From an uncultured Pseudomonadales bacterium (GTDB lineage: Bacteria > Patescibacteriota > Microgenomatia > UBA1400 > PJMF01), in assembly GCA_964457085.1 (NCBI GenBank), contig CAYWDM010000003.1:186-64185 (forward strand): 64,000 bases of DNA. Direction: 5' to 3'. A program made the position numbers and the translations under genes. Each line of letters opens with the position of its first letter. Within the stretch, counting starts at the first letter, position 1. Positions 1 to 10,831 of the stretch are shown in pieces. Under the pieces are notes generated by a model. That model did no database searches. It was not told the origin of the DNA and saw nothing but the letters and a program-made list of their open reading frames with translations.

Positions 1-6
1 ATCATA

Positions 7-1527
7 TCAAAACGTAGCGGTTGCTGTGTAGGTAATGTAATTTTCATAATTACCTGCAGCAGTCGTTATATCTGGCATAATCCGGTAACATACGTAGACA
101 TTGTCATTAGCGGCAACTGTTGTGTCGCTAAAAATTGTTGTGGGGGATTCACTGGCTTCCAAATCCGGGAATCTTCGAGCTGAGAATACACGAGCACTTT
201 CATTATAGGCAAAGGCTTCAGTTACTGTAGTGTTGGCATCGTGTAGTGCAAATCCAAAGCCACTGTTGTCGGTGAGACCGGCATTATTCCATTCATCACT
301 TGTGGTGTGTGTGGCAGCAGCAGCATCTCCGCGGACATCTTGAATACAGCTTGGATTAAAAGAACCACTGCCAATTTGTGCAGTTGGATCACCGGTACAA
401 GTAGCTCCATTTCGACCCAGTTGATCATTTTCAGCAGCAGTGACTACATAGCCACCTGATGCGTTTGTAGCCACACTGAGGCCCTGAGCAGCATCGGTAA
501 AAGTGCCGATGGAGATTTCCTCAAACGGGACGTTGGTTGGGGTAGTGGTGACGTCAGTGGTAAGGCCGCAGACAGAAGCACCAGCATCTACACCGATAAT
601 TTTAAAGGTAATCTGAGGAGCCACATAAGCGGTGACTTTGACTGCTTCTATATATGCAACTTTAACTTCAGTGGTATCCACAGCACTGCCGCCATTATCT
701 AGATGCTGAAGAATTACTAGATAGGTATCAGAGACGCCAGCTACGTGACCTGCTTTAGGTGCTGGGTTGACCACTTGATTGATGGTGATCATTCCATTGG
801 CACCCCCATCAAAGTACGTACCCACTGCACCATTGCCAGTGTAGGAACAAACATATGAATGATAGCTAACACTGTTTATCGAGACTGCATGAGGTGTGGG
901 CACACCTGCTGCAAAGGTATAGCCAGTAATATCTGTTGGACAAGTCACGGTTGGGGCAACATTCCCATAGTCAAATGCACCACCGTCTGGAATACCATCC
1001 TCACTTGCAGTGCCGCCTGCACCTGCAGGAATTAAAATTCTGAAAGAGCCATCAAGTACAGCTGAAACTGTTTGATATCGCACGTTTAAGTTGGCAGCTT
1101 GGGTAGAGATAATATCATCACCTGCATCAGAGTCACCAGCGAGTAAAACGGAGGTTAATTGCATGGTGTTGAGTAAACTAGTCGGACCGATAGCACTAGT
1201 ACTCGCGACTGTGTACAACCCCATGGTGCTCGAATTGCCGATTCTGACGGTATCACCTTCAACTAATTGAGCTGATGAACTCGATGGATATGAGCCAGCA
1301 GTGTTGTTTGCCAAAGTATTAATGATAACTTTTGAGGTGCCAGTTACATTACCAGTATCAAGTGCACCACGAAATGAGGGACGAGAGTTGGTGGTGGTAA
1401 CTGAAACACTCAGTAAGTTAGCTGACTGTGAGCTGCCAAAATATTTGGCCACCACAAAAGCTCCTGTTACCAGGATTGCTGTTACCAATAAAAACCTAAT
1501 ACGACTACGAAACATAGGTGCTTCCAA
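7..1527 (-). CDS. hypothetical cell-surface/secreted protein (N-terminal TM anchor; Thr/Ser/Gly/Val-rich beta-type extracellular region)
   Basis: 506-aa ORF with N-terminal hydrophobic anchor (RFLLVTAILVTGAFVV) and low-complexity T/S/G-rich body. Last of four co-directional minus-strand genes (7-4385). Confidence 0.5.
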   Translation of the reverse strand: MEAPMFRSRIRFLLVTAILVTGAFVVAKYFGSSQSANLLSVSVTTTNSRPSFRGALDTGNVTGTSKVIINTLANNTAGSYPSSSSAQLVEGDTVRIGNSSTMGLYTVASTSAIGPTSLLNTMQLTSVLLAGDSDAGDDIISTQAANLNVRYQTVSAVLDGSFRILIPAGAGGTASEDGIPDGGAFDYGNVAPTVTCPTDITGYTFAAGVPTPHAVSINSVSYHSYVCSYTGNGAVGTYFDGGANGMITINQVVNPAPKAGHVAGVSDTYLVILQHLDNGGSAVDTTEVKVAYIEAVKVTAYVAPQITFKIIGVDAGASVCGLTTDVTTTPTNVPFEEISIGTFTDAAQGLSVATNASGGYVVTAAENDQLGRNGATCTGDPTAQIGSGSFNPSCIQDVRGDAAAATHTTSDEWNNAGLTDNSGFGFALHDANTTVTEAFAYNESARVFSARRFPDLEASESPTTIFSDTTVAANDNVYVCYRIMPDITTAAGNYENYITYTATATF

Positions 1528-1691
1528 TTACCATTATAACTACACTACACATCACCAATTTGACTGTCAAGAGGTGAGTCTTTCTGTCAGGTAGCGGCTA
1601 CCTCAAGTAGTGCAATTTGGGGCAAAAATGAGAACCTTTTTTACTCAGTAATTTTTACAATTATTTGATGGTTGGGTGACTGCATGAGTTG

Positions 1692-2708
1692 TTAACTTCT
1701 TGCTTGTAGTTGCTGAACGCGTTTTTGAAAATATTTGAATGTCACAAATAGTAGTGGGATTGTAAGTAGTACCAGCATGATACTGATAGGTAGGGCAACA
1801 ATAGTTCTCACTTGTTTACCCTGAGGTATGTCAATCAATATGGTGTATGTGCCCAATAAAAAGAGTGGCTGATGTGTTAGGAATTCTGATGGAAGCAGGT
1901 CGGGCTGTTGTAAAAGTGTCTCGAGATCACTTGTTTGCAGTGCAGTGGTGTCAAATGCTCTGGCTTGTCTTGAACTTTTAGCTAACACCATATCTGGATA
2001 CAGCACAAAGGTTTTAATGGGTTTGTTGAATGCGTTGAGAATGGTAATAGTGCCCTTGATTGGAGTTGCATTTTGACCCTGATTTGCAAAAGACAAAGAA
2101 AAACGTAATCTTTGCAAACTATCCATCCAGCTTCCCAATGAAAGTTTGCTCAATTCTAGTTTTCCTCGGTCTCGATCATCTGAACTAATGACAACCACCA
2201 AGTTGCTGCCGATTGCTCCAGTTACTTGTGATTGGCCGGCAAGGTTTGCTCCAATCCGAGAGCCACTCAGTAAAATAGACAACGGATATTCACCCTCAGT
2301 GGCGTCTGCTGGAACCACTAGATCGAGGATTAGTTTCTTTTCTGACTTGGCTTTCAAGGGAAACTCAGATTTCCAATTAATTTTCGGATCCCTAATTTTA
2401 AGATAAGGAAAATCAGAGTCATTGGCTAATACTGGCTGACCAGTGTGTCCATCACTTTTAAAATCTCGCAGTGTTAGGTTTGCAGAGATGTCACTAATTC
2501 CATCATTCTTGATTAATAGGGTATGTTTGCCAACCGTACCTGGCTTAATGCTTAAATAGGTGATTGGCGGAGACAAGCTGATATCGAGATCAGTATTAGT
2601 AGTTTGTGCTGAAACAGATGCGGGTTTGATGATATAGCACCAGCAAACAAAGGTGATGGCTAAGACGGAGAAAAAAATGGTTGGCTTGGGTTTGTGGGTA
2701 AACAACAT
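1692..2708 (-). CDS. hypothetical surface protein with signal peptide and C-terminal TM anchor
   Basis: 338 aa with N-terminal signal/TM and C-terminal hydrophobic helix followed by basic tail (LLFVTFKYFQKR). 3-bp gap to upstream gene. Confidence 0.5.
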   Translation of the reverse strand: MLFTHKPKPTIFFSVLAITFVCWCYIIKPASVSAQTTNTDLDISLSPPITYLSIKPGTVGKHTLLIKNDGISDISANLTLRDFKSDGHTGQPVLANDSDFPYLKIRDPKINWKSEFPLKAKSEKKLILDLVVPADATEGEYPLSILLSGSRIGANLAGQSQVTGAIGSNLVVVISSDDRDRGKLELSKLSLGSWMDSLQRLRFSLSFANQGQNATPIKGTITILNAFNKPIKTFVLYPDMVLAKSSRQARAFDTTALQTSDLETLLQQPDLLPSEFLTHQPLFLLGTYTILIDIPQGKQVRTIVALPISIMLVLLTIPLLFVTFKYFQKRVQQLQARS

Positions 2709-2710
2709 GG

Positions 2711-3517
2711 TTAATATCCTGGAACAGCAATATAGATAATCTCTGTGCGGTAATTGCCAGCAGTTTGGCCACCAACGATGCCAGCTTTGTAGGTCACAGT
2801 TGCTTGATTCTGGAAGGCGACACTTGCTGAACTCATCACTGGTTGCATGGCTTCGCTGGCACTATTATTAGCAAACTGACGGAAATAAGTGGCATCAGTA
2901 AAATCAACAGGAACTTGGCTACCAGTGATCGAAAATCCAAAGCCGGGGGTGGTGGGGTTGGTCCAAGGCTTGGCAATAGTTTCATTGCAGTCACTAGCGT
3001 CACAGGTGGTATCAGGAATGTAATCCAGATTATTTGAATGTTGCAGTGGATGCGACTCATAGGCATAGACGATGTAGCCGCCAGCACCCTTAGTATCAAT
3101 AGTAAGTACATTACTGTCTGACTTGTGTTCCTCTGGGAGCAGTTCTCCAAGTTCAATGAAAAGCTTCGAGATTGCAAACCGGAAGTAATGGATTGTGTAA
3201 ATATATTGAAAACCTGCTCCTAAAAATTTGGTGGCACTTTGATACGGGCCTGAAGCTGTTTGTCCGAGCGTTTCTGTAAGGTTGTAGGTAGTGCTGTCTT
3301 GACGGCCACTTCCGGTATTAAAATTGCCGAATTGGATTACAAAAGAGTCTGATTCAAGTCGTTCTGCAGTAGCTTGCTTGGGTAAGTAAAGAAAGAGAGT
3401 TGCCGCCACGACACAGCTAGTTAGCCAAGTAAAAATGGAGTGTTTTTGAGAAAAGTGAACTTTTCTGTCTCTACTTTTCTGTTGAAACTGTGGTGTCATT
3501 ATTAGTTTCTGTTTCAA
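2711..3517 (-). CDS. hypothetical secreted protein
   Basis: 268 aa with N-terminal hydrophobic segment; same operon as neighbours. Confidence 0.45.
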   Translation of the reverse strand: MKQKLIMTPQFQQKSRDRKVHFSQKHSIFTWLTSCVVAATLFLYLPKQATAERLESDSFVIQFGNFNTGSGRQDSTTYNLTETLGQTASGPYQSATKFLGAGFQYIYTIHYFRFAISKLFIELGELLPEEHKSDSNVLTIDTKGAGGYIVYAYESHPLQHSNNLDYIPDTTCDASDCNETIAKPWTNPTTPGFGFSITGSQVPVDFTDATYFRQFANNSASEAMQPVMSSASVAFQNQATVTYKAGIVGGQTAGNYRTEIIYIAVPGY

Positions 3518-4385
3518 AATGTACTTGTTCCTCTTGATATGGAGGTTCGTCCTGATTCAACTCCATTTCTGAGGTTTGTGCAGCAACATCAGCTATTTGT
3601 GATGTCGGTGTGAGGTTAGATTCAAATATGTCGATAGTAGTGGTGATTTGCTCGGTTATTTCTGGAAGTTCAGCTTCGAGTTCAGCATCGAGTTCGGTTA
3701 CATTATTTTCTCTAGCTTTGGTTTGTGAGATAAGTTCATCTGTAATCAGTGCAATCTCGGCCATTTCTGCTTGCATTTTTTGTTGATTTTCTCGAGGGAA
3801 AAATGACATTCGTTGCAATTTTTCAAGCTTACTTTCAAGAAACCCACTCATGAAGTTTTCTAGTTTTTGATCAATAAGTTGCGCTTCAAGTAGCTGCAGC
3901 TGTTGTTTCTGTAGATTATGTTGTTGAGCAATTGTCTTGGAATATTGGTCTTTAGCAAATAAGAAAAACAACATTACGATCGGTAGGCTGAGTAAAAATG
4001 ATAGCTCACTGAGGCTTGGGTCTGCGGTAAGCGCGAAATGAAATAGTATTATTTCCATGGTGGCTACGATAGCTGTGATCGAGTCAGATTTGATAGCAAG
4101 CACAAATAAATGCACAAAGCTCAAAAAGAACAGCACCGATCGAACGTTGCCAGTTGCTCCAATTAAGAGCAGGAAAGCCAAAGTCACCACCGCCATTTCA
4201 ATAGATGCATGGGTGGGCAATAATTGCCAGACTTTAGCCTTATGAACTTTTTTGATTCCAAAATATGCCAGTACCACTATGGCAAATAGTTGCAATGAAT
4301 AGGCACTCAGCAATGGAGTTTTAAGCCAGACATAGGTAAGACTAATTGCGATCGAGATGATAAGAATATGATAGGCAGATTTCAT
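3471..4385 (-). CDS. hypothetical polytopic membrane protein with acidic coiled-coil C-terminal tail
   Basis: 304 aa with ~5 predicted TM helices in the first 180 aa, then a Q/E-rich coiled-coil region. Confidence 0.45.
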   Translation of the reverse strand: MKSAYHILIISIAISLTYVWLKTPLLSAYSLQLFAIVVLAYFGIKKVHKAKVWQLLPTHASIEMAVVTLAFLLLIGATGNVRSVLFFLSFVHLFVLAIKSDSITAIVATMEIILFHFALTADPSLSELSFLLSLPIVMLFFLFAKDQYSKTIAQQHNLQKQQLQLLEAQLIDQKLENFMSGFLESKLEKLQRMSFFPRENQQKMQAEMAEIALITDELISQTKARENNVTELDAELEAELPEITEQITTTIDIFESNLTPTSQIADVAAQTSEMELNQDEPPYQEEQVHFETETNNDTTVSTEK

Positions 4386-4502
4386 CGGCAGGATTCAAAT
4401 AACAGTACTCAAAAGAGTCTCTGGTCTGCAATTAGTATACCCAAAGTTACGCTGTCTTTCATTGTATAATCAAGTTCTTATCAACAACAACAGTGACTAG
4501 TC

Positions 4503-6983
4503 ATGTCCAAACAAACAATAGTTCCAGAATATCAGCATCAGGAAGTCGAGAAGCGACTTCAAAGTGCTTGGGAACTTGCAGGCCTTTTTCAAAATGTGCC
4601 GGAAGTGGTTGGTGCTCCTGAAAAATCCAAGAAAAAATTTCATTTATTTGCTTTTGCATATCCATCTGGGGCAGGCTTACATGTTGGACACGTCGAGTCG
4701 ATGACGGCCTTAGATATTTTGTCTCGCCACAGTAGAATGCAGGGCAATCAAGTGTATTTTCCAGTTGGTTGGGATGCCTTTGGGTTGCCAGCTGAAAACT
4801 ATGCAATCAAAACTGGAATTCCTCCTGCAAAAACGACTTATGACGCGATTCATACATTCCGTCGGCAGATTAAAAGATTGGGCATCTCATATGATTGGGC
4901 CAATGAGATAGCGACCAGTCATCCAGAGTATTATCGCTGGACACAGTGGCTCTTTTTGCAACTATACCGTAAGGGTTTGGCCTACAAAGACATTGGCATG
5001 GTTAACTGGTGCCCCTCATGTCAAACAGTTTTAGCCAACGAGCAAGTAGTAAATGGACAGTGCGAGCGCTGTGATACCGCTGTGGTGCAAAAAGAATTGG
5101 TGCAGTGGTACTTCAAAATTACCGCCTATACAGAAGAATTACTTTCAGGATTAGATGACGTTGACTGGCCAACTCCAACCAAGCAACAGCAGCGACACTG
5201 GATTGGTAAGAGCAGTGGGGTTGAGATTGATTTTAGCTTGGATATGACGTCAATTAGTAATGCTAAAGTTGACGCGAATATTCAAGCCAAGCCAGAGATA
5301 TTAACCTGTTTTACCACCAGAATTGATACAGTTTTTGGAGTCACTTTTGTGGTGATTTCTCCAGAAAAATGGCAGTCCTTACAACTACAGCAGTACGTTA
5401 CAGCTGACCTGCAGAAATCGGTTGAAGAGTATGTAACTGCAGCTTTCCGCAAGACTGAGGAGGAGCGTAAGATTGGCGAAAAAGACAAGACGGGTGTTAA
5501 CACTGGACTCTTAGTGATAAACCCAATCACTGGCAAATCGGTGCCACTATTTGTCGCTGACTACGTTTTGGCTGGTTACGGCACTGGCATCGTCATGGGT
5601 GTGCCAGCACATGATGATCGTGATGAATCTTTCGCTAAAAAGTTCCAATTGCCGATCGTGCAAGTTGTAAATGAAGACAATTGCTTGGTGAATTCTGGAG
5701 AATTTTCCGGCCAAAGTTCTGCCGAGGCGAGAGCTAATTTGACTAATAAATTTACTCAATTTGTTAGACCAACTGTAAACTACAAGTTGCGAGACTGGTT
5801 GATCTCACGTCAACGGTATTGGGGCGCTCCAATTCCTGTTGTGTACGATCCAGAGGGCAATGCTCATCCAGTGAAAGAAGAGCATTTACCATGGCTACTT
5901 CCTGAAGATGTGGACTTCAAACCAACCGGTGAATCTCCACTAAAATCCTCTAAAGAATTCATCGAACGAACCGAGAGATTGTATGGAAAGGGTTGGAGAC
6001 CAGAGTTTGATACCATGGACACCTTTGTGGATTCCAGTTGGTATTACTTGAGATATTGTGACTCAAGAAATACTGCGGTATTCGCTGATCCAGATCGGCT
6101 CAAATCATGGTTACCAGTTGATATGTATTTAATTGGGCCTGAGCATATTGTGCTTCACCTCCTTTACTCACGTTTCTTTACTAAGTTTTTACGCGATGAA
6201 GGTTACCTAAACATTAACGAGCCATTCCAAAAGATGCGACATCAGGGCATGATTCTCGGTCCTGACGGTCGAAAAATGAGTAAAAGTAAGGGAAACGTTA
6301 TCAATCCAGATGAGGTTATTGAAAATTTCGGGGCAGATACATTGCGTGTATATGAAATGTTCATGGGACCACTTGAATCAGACAAACCATGGGATATCCG
6401 AGCAGTAGCTGGCGTATCACGTTTTCTAAAGAGATTTTTCAGTTTGGTAGTACACGAACAGTTGGCTCCAAAAGAGCGGTCAATTAGTGAACAGCTGACT
6501 AAAAAACTGCATCAGACAGTAGAGAAAGTAACTGAGGACATTCCAGCTTTGAAATTCAACACCGCTATTGCAGCGATGATGGAATTGGTCAATCTTTGGG
6601 AGAGTGAAATCAAAAAACAACGTTGGCTTGGTGCCGCAGGGGCAGAGATGGCAGTGCGGGTTTTAGCACCATTTGCACCTTTTATGTCTGAAGAGCTCTG
6701 GCAGCAGCACCTAGACGTTTCACACAAAGAGTCGATACATCTGCAGAGTTGGCCAGTATTTGATCCGAAACTAACTGCGGAGACAGAGCTGGTGTTGGCA
6801 GTGCAAGTGAATGGCAAGTTACGCGGTGAACTACGAATTTCAGCCGGTGAAATAGCAAACCAGGCACAGGTTATCACTCAATCAAAACAACTTCCTAGCG
6901 TCTTACCCTGGATTAAAGATCGGCAGATTGTGCGTGAGATCTATATCACTGGAAAGATTGTGAGTTTGGTGGTGGACAAGTAA
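4503..6983 (+). CDS. leuS: leucine--tRNA ligase
   Basis: 826 aa with class I HIGH motif (HVGHVES), KMSKS motif (KMSKSKGN) and LeuRS-typical domain layout. Confidence 0.95.
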   Translation: MSKQTIVPEYQHQEVEKRLQSAWELAGLFQNVPEVVGAPEKSKKKFHLFAFAYPSGAGLHVGHVESMTALDILSRHSRMQGNQVYFPVGWDAFGLPAENYAIKTGIPPAKTTYDAIHTFRRQIKRLGISYDWANEIATSHPEYYRWTQWLFLQLYRKGLAYKDIGMVNWCPSCQTVLANEQVVNGQCERCDTAVVQKELVQWYFKITAYTEELLSGLDDVDWPTPTKQQQRHWIGKSSGVEIDFSLDMTSISNAKVDANIQAKPEILTCFTTRIDTVFGVTFVVISPEKWQSLQLQQYVTADLQKSVEEYVTAAFRKTEEERKIGEKDKTGVNTGLLVINPITGKSVPLFVADYVLAGYGTGIVMGVPAHDDRDESFAKKFQLPIVQVVNEDNCLVNSGEFSGQSSAEARANLTNKFTQFVRPTVNYKLRDWLISRQRYWGAPIPVVYDPEGNAHPVKEEHLPWLLPEDVDFKPTGESPLKSSKEFIERTERLYGKGWRPEFDTMDTFVDSSWYYLRYCDSRNTAVFADPDRLKSWLPVDMYLIGPEHIVLHLLYSRFFTKFLRDEGYLNINEPFQKMRHQGMILGPDGRKMSKSKGNVINPDEVIENFGADTLRVYEMFMGPLESDKPWDIRAVAGVSRFLKRFFSLVVHEQLAPKERSISEQLTKKLHQTVEKVTEDIPALKFNTAIAAMMELVNLWESEIKKQRWLGAAGAEMAVRVLAPFAPFMSEELWQQHLDVSHKESIHLQSWPVFDPKLTAETELVLAVQVNGKLRGELRISAGEIANQAQVITQSKQLPSVLPWIKDRQIVREIYITGKIVSLVVDK

Positions 6984-7065
6984 ATAACTTTTGTCTCACT
7001 GCTAGACAGAAAAGCATCCAAATTCAGGCTTTGTCAGTTTTTTGTTGGCATAAAACACTACTGTA

Positions 7066-7764
7066 GTGTTCATGAAGCCCAACTACTTTCATTTTCTGCA
7101 AGATAAATTGCTAAAAATTTCAGATAGAGTCACTGACTATTTGGTAAAGCCAACGACGCAAATCAGCATATTGGTTTTTGGTTGTGCAATTACCATTTTT
7201 GGTGTGGCTGAATTGGCAGCGAGTAGTCAGACATCAGTTGTTGAGTGTCCAGATCAACAGGCTGAACGTCAATTTAGTTGCTCTCAGGAGACAGTGCCAC
7301 AGATTTCACCTCAAGCTAACCGAGTCAGTGTTGACATAGCTGGTGCCGTCAATAAGCCGGGTGTCTATGAGTTAGATAATCAACTAAAAATTGCTGATGC
7401 AATAACTGCAGCTGGAGGGTTTGCTAAAGTCGCCAACAGATCTTTGATTGCTCAAAGAATGAATCTCTCAGAGCAACTCCAGCCGTCTCAAAAAATATAT
7501 ATTCCATTTGAAGAGGAGCGTGATTTACCAGTAAGTAGTTCGATGAGCGAAACAACCAAAGTGGGTGATGAACAACAGACTTCAAAAGTGATCAATGTAA
7601 ATACAGCTGACCAAACGGCACTTGAAACTCTCAGCGGCATCGGTGAGGTCACAGCTCAAAAGATTATCTCAAACAGACCATATTCATCTATGGATGAATT
7701 GGTGGAAAAAAAAGTATTAAGCAACTCGCTGCTAGAAAAGCTCAACCTTTTGATTGAGCTGTAA
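7066..7764 (+). CDS. comEA: competence protein ComEA (SLBB domain + helix-hairpin-helix DNA-binding)
   Basis: C-terminal tandem HhH motif (INVNTADQTALETLSGIGEVTAQKIISNRPY...) plus SLBB-like region (VDIAGAVNKPGVYEL). N-terminal TM. Confidence 0.8.
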   Translation: MFMKPNYFHFLQDKLLKISDRVTDYLVKPTTQISILVFGCAITIFGVAELAASSQTSVVECPDQQAERQFSCSQETVPQISPQANRVSVDIAGAVNKPGVYELDNQLKIADAITAAGGFAKVANRSLIAQRMNLSEQLQPSQKIYIPFEEERDLPVSSSMSETTKVGDEQQTSKVINVNTADQTALETLSGIGEVTAQKIISNRPYSSMDELVEKKVLSNSLLEKLNLLIEL

Positions 7765-8297
7765 AAAAGTAAAAAAGACATAGACATAATAAAAGTTATA
7801 TACAATTTATTATAAGACTAAAAAATGAAGGCAGCTATGAAATAGGGGCAGACTGTAAATAGAAGGCACAGGCAGTGAAAACAAGACTGAGATCAATGTA
7901 TATAAAAAAGAATGGATGAATACAAACAGCTAACAGTGTTCGTCTAAACTTCGTAAGAAAAGTGAACAGTTTATAGTAAATAATAGAATTTCAAATGATA
8001 TATTAAAAAATATTTTGATACATTTATATTACCGCACACTTGATAAATAATTATAAGTGTTCATACTGTAGCAAAATTACTCGAGAAGAGAATGATCTTG
8101 GTTCTACGAACCAAACACGAAATTATGATTACCTTGTGTAATGGGGTTCAGCAGTTATTCGTATTAGGAGAGTACCCAGTTGCATTCAAACACACTTTTT
8201 CAATATGCACACCTCATGGCTGTATACCTGGTTAGCCTGCAGAATTAGCAATCTAACGTGATCGAGTGATAGAGGATCATAAAATAAAAAAAACACT

Positions 8298-9347
8298 ATG
8301 GATCAATATATTCCACACTTTTTCCAGATCATCCATTCGGTAAACAGTTGGCTGGCAGTTTTTTGGCAAGTTGGAGAGCTGGTTCGTTATAGGATACTAG
8401 ACACCCTTGCTCCATGGATTAGTTTGAATGACTTTGAGTTATTCCCGGGGTTGGTATTTGGTGATGTCGATTTGTTGTCAATCGATACAAAAAAGCAGTT
8501 AAAAATAGCTGGCATATTGCATGCACTATCTGCTTCTGGATCAAACGTAGGCATAGTTGGAATGTTTAGTTTTCAGATAACAAGAAGCACCAACAAAAAA
8601 ATCCAGATAATACTCGAGGCGGTATCTATCGTCATCTATTTGGCAATGGTAGGAGAGTCAGCCCCAATTATTAGGGCTATTCTCTCGAGACTGTATTTAC
8701 TTTTTGGACAGCACTTCCATTTACAGACTCATGGCATTTTTGCTTGGGCCATGTCTGCATTATTAATGGTTTGTGCAAAACCATCCTTTTTAGGTAGTAT
8801 CTCTTTTCAGCTCTCAGCATTAGCTTCTCTCGGTATTGTGCTGTTTTTACCAAGATTATCTGATGATAATCTTCATCAGTCGGGGAGACTGGCGGAATTT
8901 TTCCGCGAGGCTTTTTGGCAAACTGCAGCTGCACAACTATTTGTACTACCACTTTCTTTACTTGTTTTCGGTGAGTCGCCCACTAGTGCTCTACTAACCA
9001 ACACGATTCTGGCACCACTATTGCTTGCATTGACACTAAACGCATTTATTCTTGCCGTTTTTGGAGCCATTTGCGGTCTCCTCCAGGCAGGAAACCTCCA
9101 AATGCTAATTACTCTTATTTTGCCACTGAAAGACCTGATAATTGCATCATATAGACTGATAAATCAGTCTTTTATGACCATACTTTCAGCTATAAGTAGC
9201 TATGCAAGCGCATTGAACCACACTATTTCCCATTGGTGGCTGTTTGGCTTCATTATTTTGATCTTCGCTTTTCGTTTCGGCCGAAACTATAAACAAATCT
9301 CACGTTCATGCACATTCGCTCAAAGGCTGGGTCTGCAGTATGTCTAA
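8298..9347 (+). CDS. comEC: ComEC/Rec2 competence (channel) domain protein, N-terminal part of a split comEC
   Basis: Polytopic membrane protein with Competence-domain signature (ILHALSASGSNVGIVGMF). Its stop overlaps the start of the next ORF by 8 nt (ATGTCTAA). Confidence 0.7.
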   Translation: MDQYIPHFFQIIHSVNSWLAVFWQVGELVRYRILDTLAPWISLNDFELFPGLVFGDVDLLSIDTKKQLKIAGILHALSASGSNVGIVGMFSFQITRSTNKKIQIILEAVSIVIYLAMVGESAPIIRAILSRLYLLFGQHFHLQTHGIFAWAMSALLMVCAKPSFLGSISFQLSALASLGIVLFLPRLSDDNLHQSGRLAEFFREAFWQTAAAQLFVLPLSLLVFGESPTSALLTNTILAPLLLALTLNAFILAVFGAICGLLQAGNLQMLITLILPLKDLIIASYRLINQSFMTILSAISSYASALNHTISHWWLFGFIILIFAFRFGRNYKQISRSCTFAQRLGLQYV

Positions 9348-10263
9348 TGAAAAAAATATTTCTACTCACAATTCAAATTCTGTCGTTTTTTTCTCATTTA
9401 TCGTACTGTTAGTTTTTGTGTTAGCTTCGTTTTTTGTACTACTACACAAAAAGAGTGATACATCAGTACATATTGTGTTTTGTGATGTCGGCCAAGGAGA
9501 TGCTATCTTGATATATCAAGGTTTCTTCCAAATACTAATCGATAGCAGCCGAGATGACAGAGTGCTAGCATGTTTATCCCAAAATATTCCCATTTGGGAT
9601 CAAACAATTGAGGTTCTTGTCATCACACATTTTGATGCAGACCACTTTGGTGGTGTCACAACACTACTCAAACATTACAGATTCACTCAAATTTTTGCCC
9701 CAAAACATACTTCAGATGGTTCTCGAGGTGCTGGGCAGGCAGCATCCCAAAACGCTACTGAGTTACCTTTTGGCTTTGAGCCGAAAGAGCCGTTTTTTGG
9801 GCAAACTGTGAGTTTTGCCTCTGGAGCGACTCTAACTTTCTTGCCAATTGTTCCCTTAATCCAGGCTAACAAACAAATCTTTCCTGAATTGGTATCTTCA
9901 AATCTTTCAGATAATGACACCTCGCTTGTGACATTATTTCAGTATGGAACACTACATTTTTTGAGCGTTGGCGACTTGGAAAAGACGGGTGAATCAGTCT
10001 TAACTTCTCTCATCGAGTTTGGCCCGATAGATATCTTTAAGGTCGGTCATCATGGGGCAAAGACCAGTTCAACGATACAATTTCTCCAGGCTATCAACCC
10101 AAGAATGGCGATAATAAGCTCTGGACGCGACAACAGCTACGGCCATCCCGCTCAGCAAACACTGGATCGGCTGGGTCAAATGGGAGCCACTGTGCTCCGC
10201 ACTGACTGGATAGGCACGATCGAATTTGTGAGTGATGGTGCTATATGGTGGTTGGCAAACTAA
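9340..10263 (+). CDS. comEC: ComEC C-terminal metallo-beta-lactamase domain protein (split comEC, second part)
   Basis: N-terminal TM then MBL fold motifs (HIVFCDVGQGDAILI; ITHFDADHFGG; VGHHGAKTS), typical of the ComEC C-terminal domain. Confidence 0.7.
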   Translation: MSNEKNISTHNSNSVVFFSFIVLLVFVLASFFVLLHKKSDTSVHIVFCDVGQGDAILIYQGFFQILIDSSRDDRVLACLSQNIPIWDQTIEVLVITHFDADHFGGVTTLLKHYRFTQIFAPKHTSDGSRGAGQAASQNATELPFGFEPKEPFFGQTVSFASGATLTFLPIVPLIQANKQIFPELVSSNLSDNDTSLVTLFQYGTLHFLSVGDLEKTGESVLTSLIEFGPIDIFKVGHHGAKTSSTIQFLQAINPRMAIISSGRDNSYGHPAQQTLDRLGQMGATVLRTDWIGTIEFVSDGAIWWLAN

Positions 10264-10831
10264 TGTGTTGTAACTACCTATGCAATTATTTAAAGAGCTG
10301 ATAACTACTGTTACATATTTTTTAACGGAATGCAAGTATTTATAGTTCATTTACTATAAATTTCGAGCATTACTCAAGTAAAAAGTTACTCAATTTGGCT
10401 AGATTTGTTAGTACATTTGCTCAAGCTATTGGTGAAAGAGACCTCAATGAGCTTTGCCTTGGATGTATGTGGTGCCACTTGTGGGTAGCATTTTCGTCAA
10501 ATAATTGTTAGAAAGTTGACCAGTACCCATGACTTTCTGGTGCTATTTTTAGTAGTTTAGTGGACATTTGTATGAGAGTATGACGTCACTGTTTATAAAA
10601 ACCAAATAGAATCCGAATAAGAAATGCAAACAATGCCAAAACGAGTAAAAAAATTACATCAATAAACTACTTAAATATGTTAATTATCAAAAGTATAAAT
10701 GAGTAAATAATGTATTCAAAATGTTCGGTATTTTTTTACCATTTTTACTTGAGTAAATTTGAGAAGTATCTCAAGAATAGCGAGGTTCGGTAACTAATGG
10801 CAGTAAGTGAGTTCGTGCTAGAATCAAACCC

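Noticed and set aside
9340-9347. Possible frameshift splitting comEC
   Set aside because: The junction ATGTCTAA provides a proper ATG start overlapping the upstream stop, which is typical translational coupling. Treated as a natural two-gene split, though an assembly indel cannot be excluded without reads.
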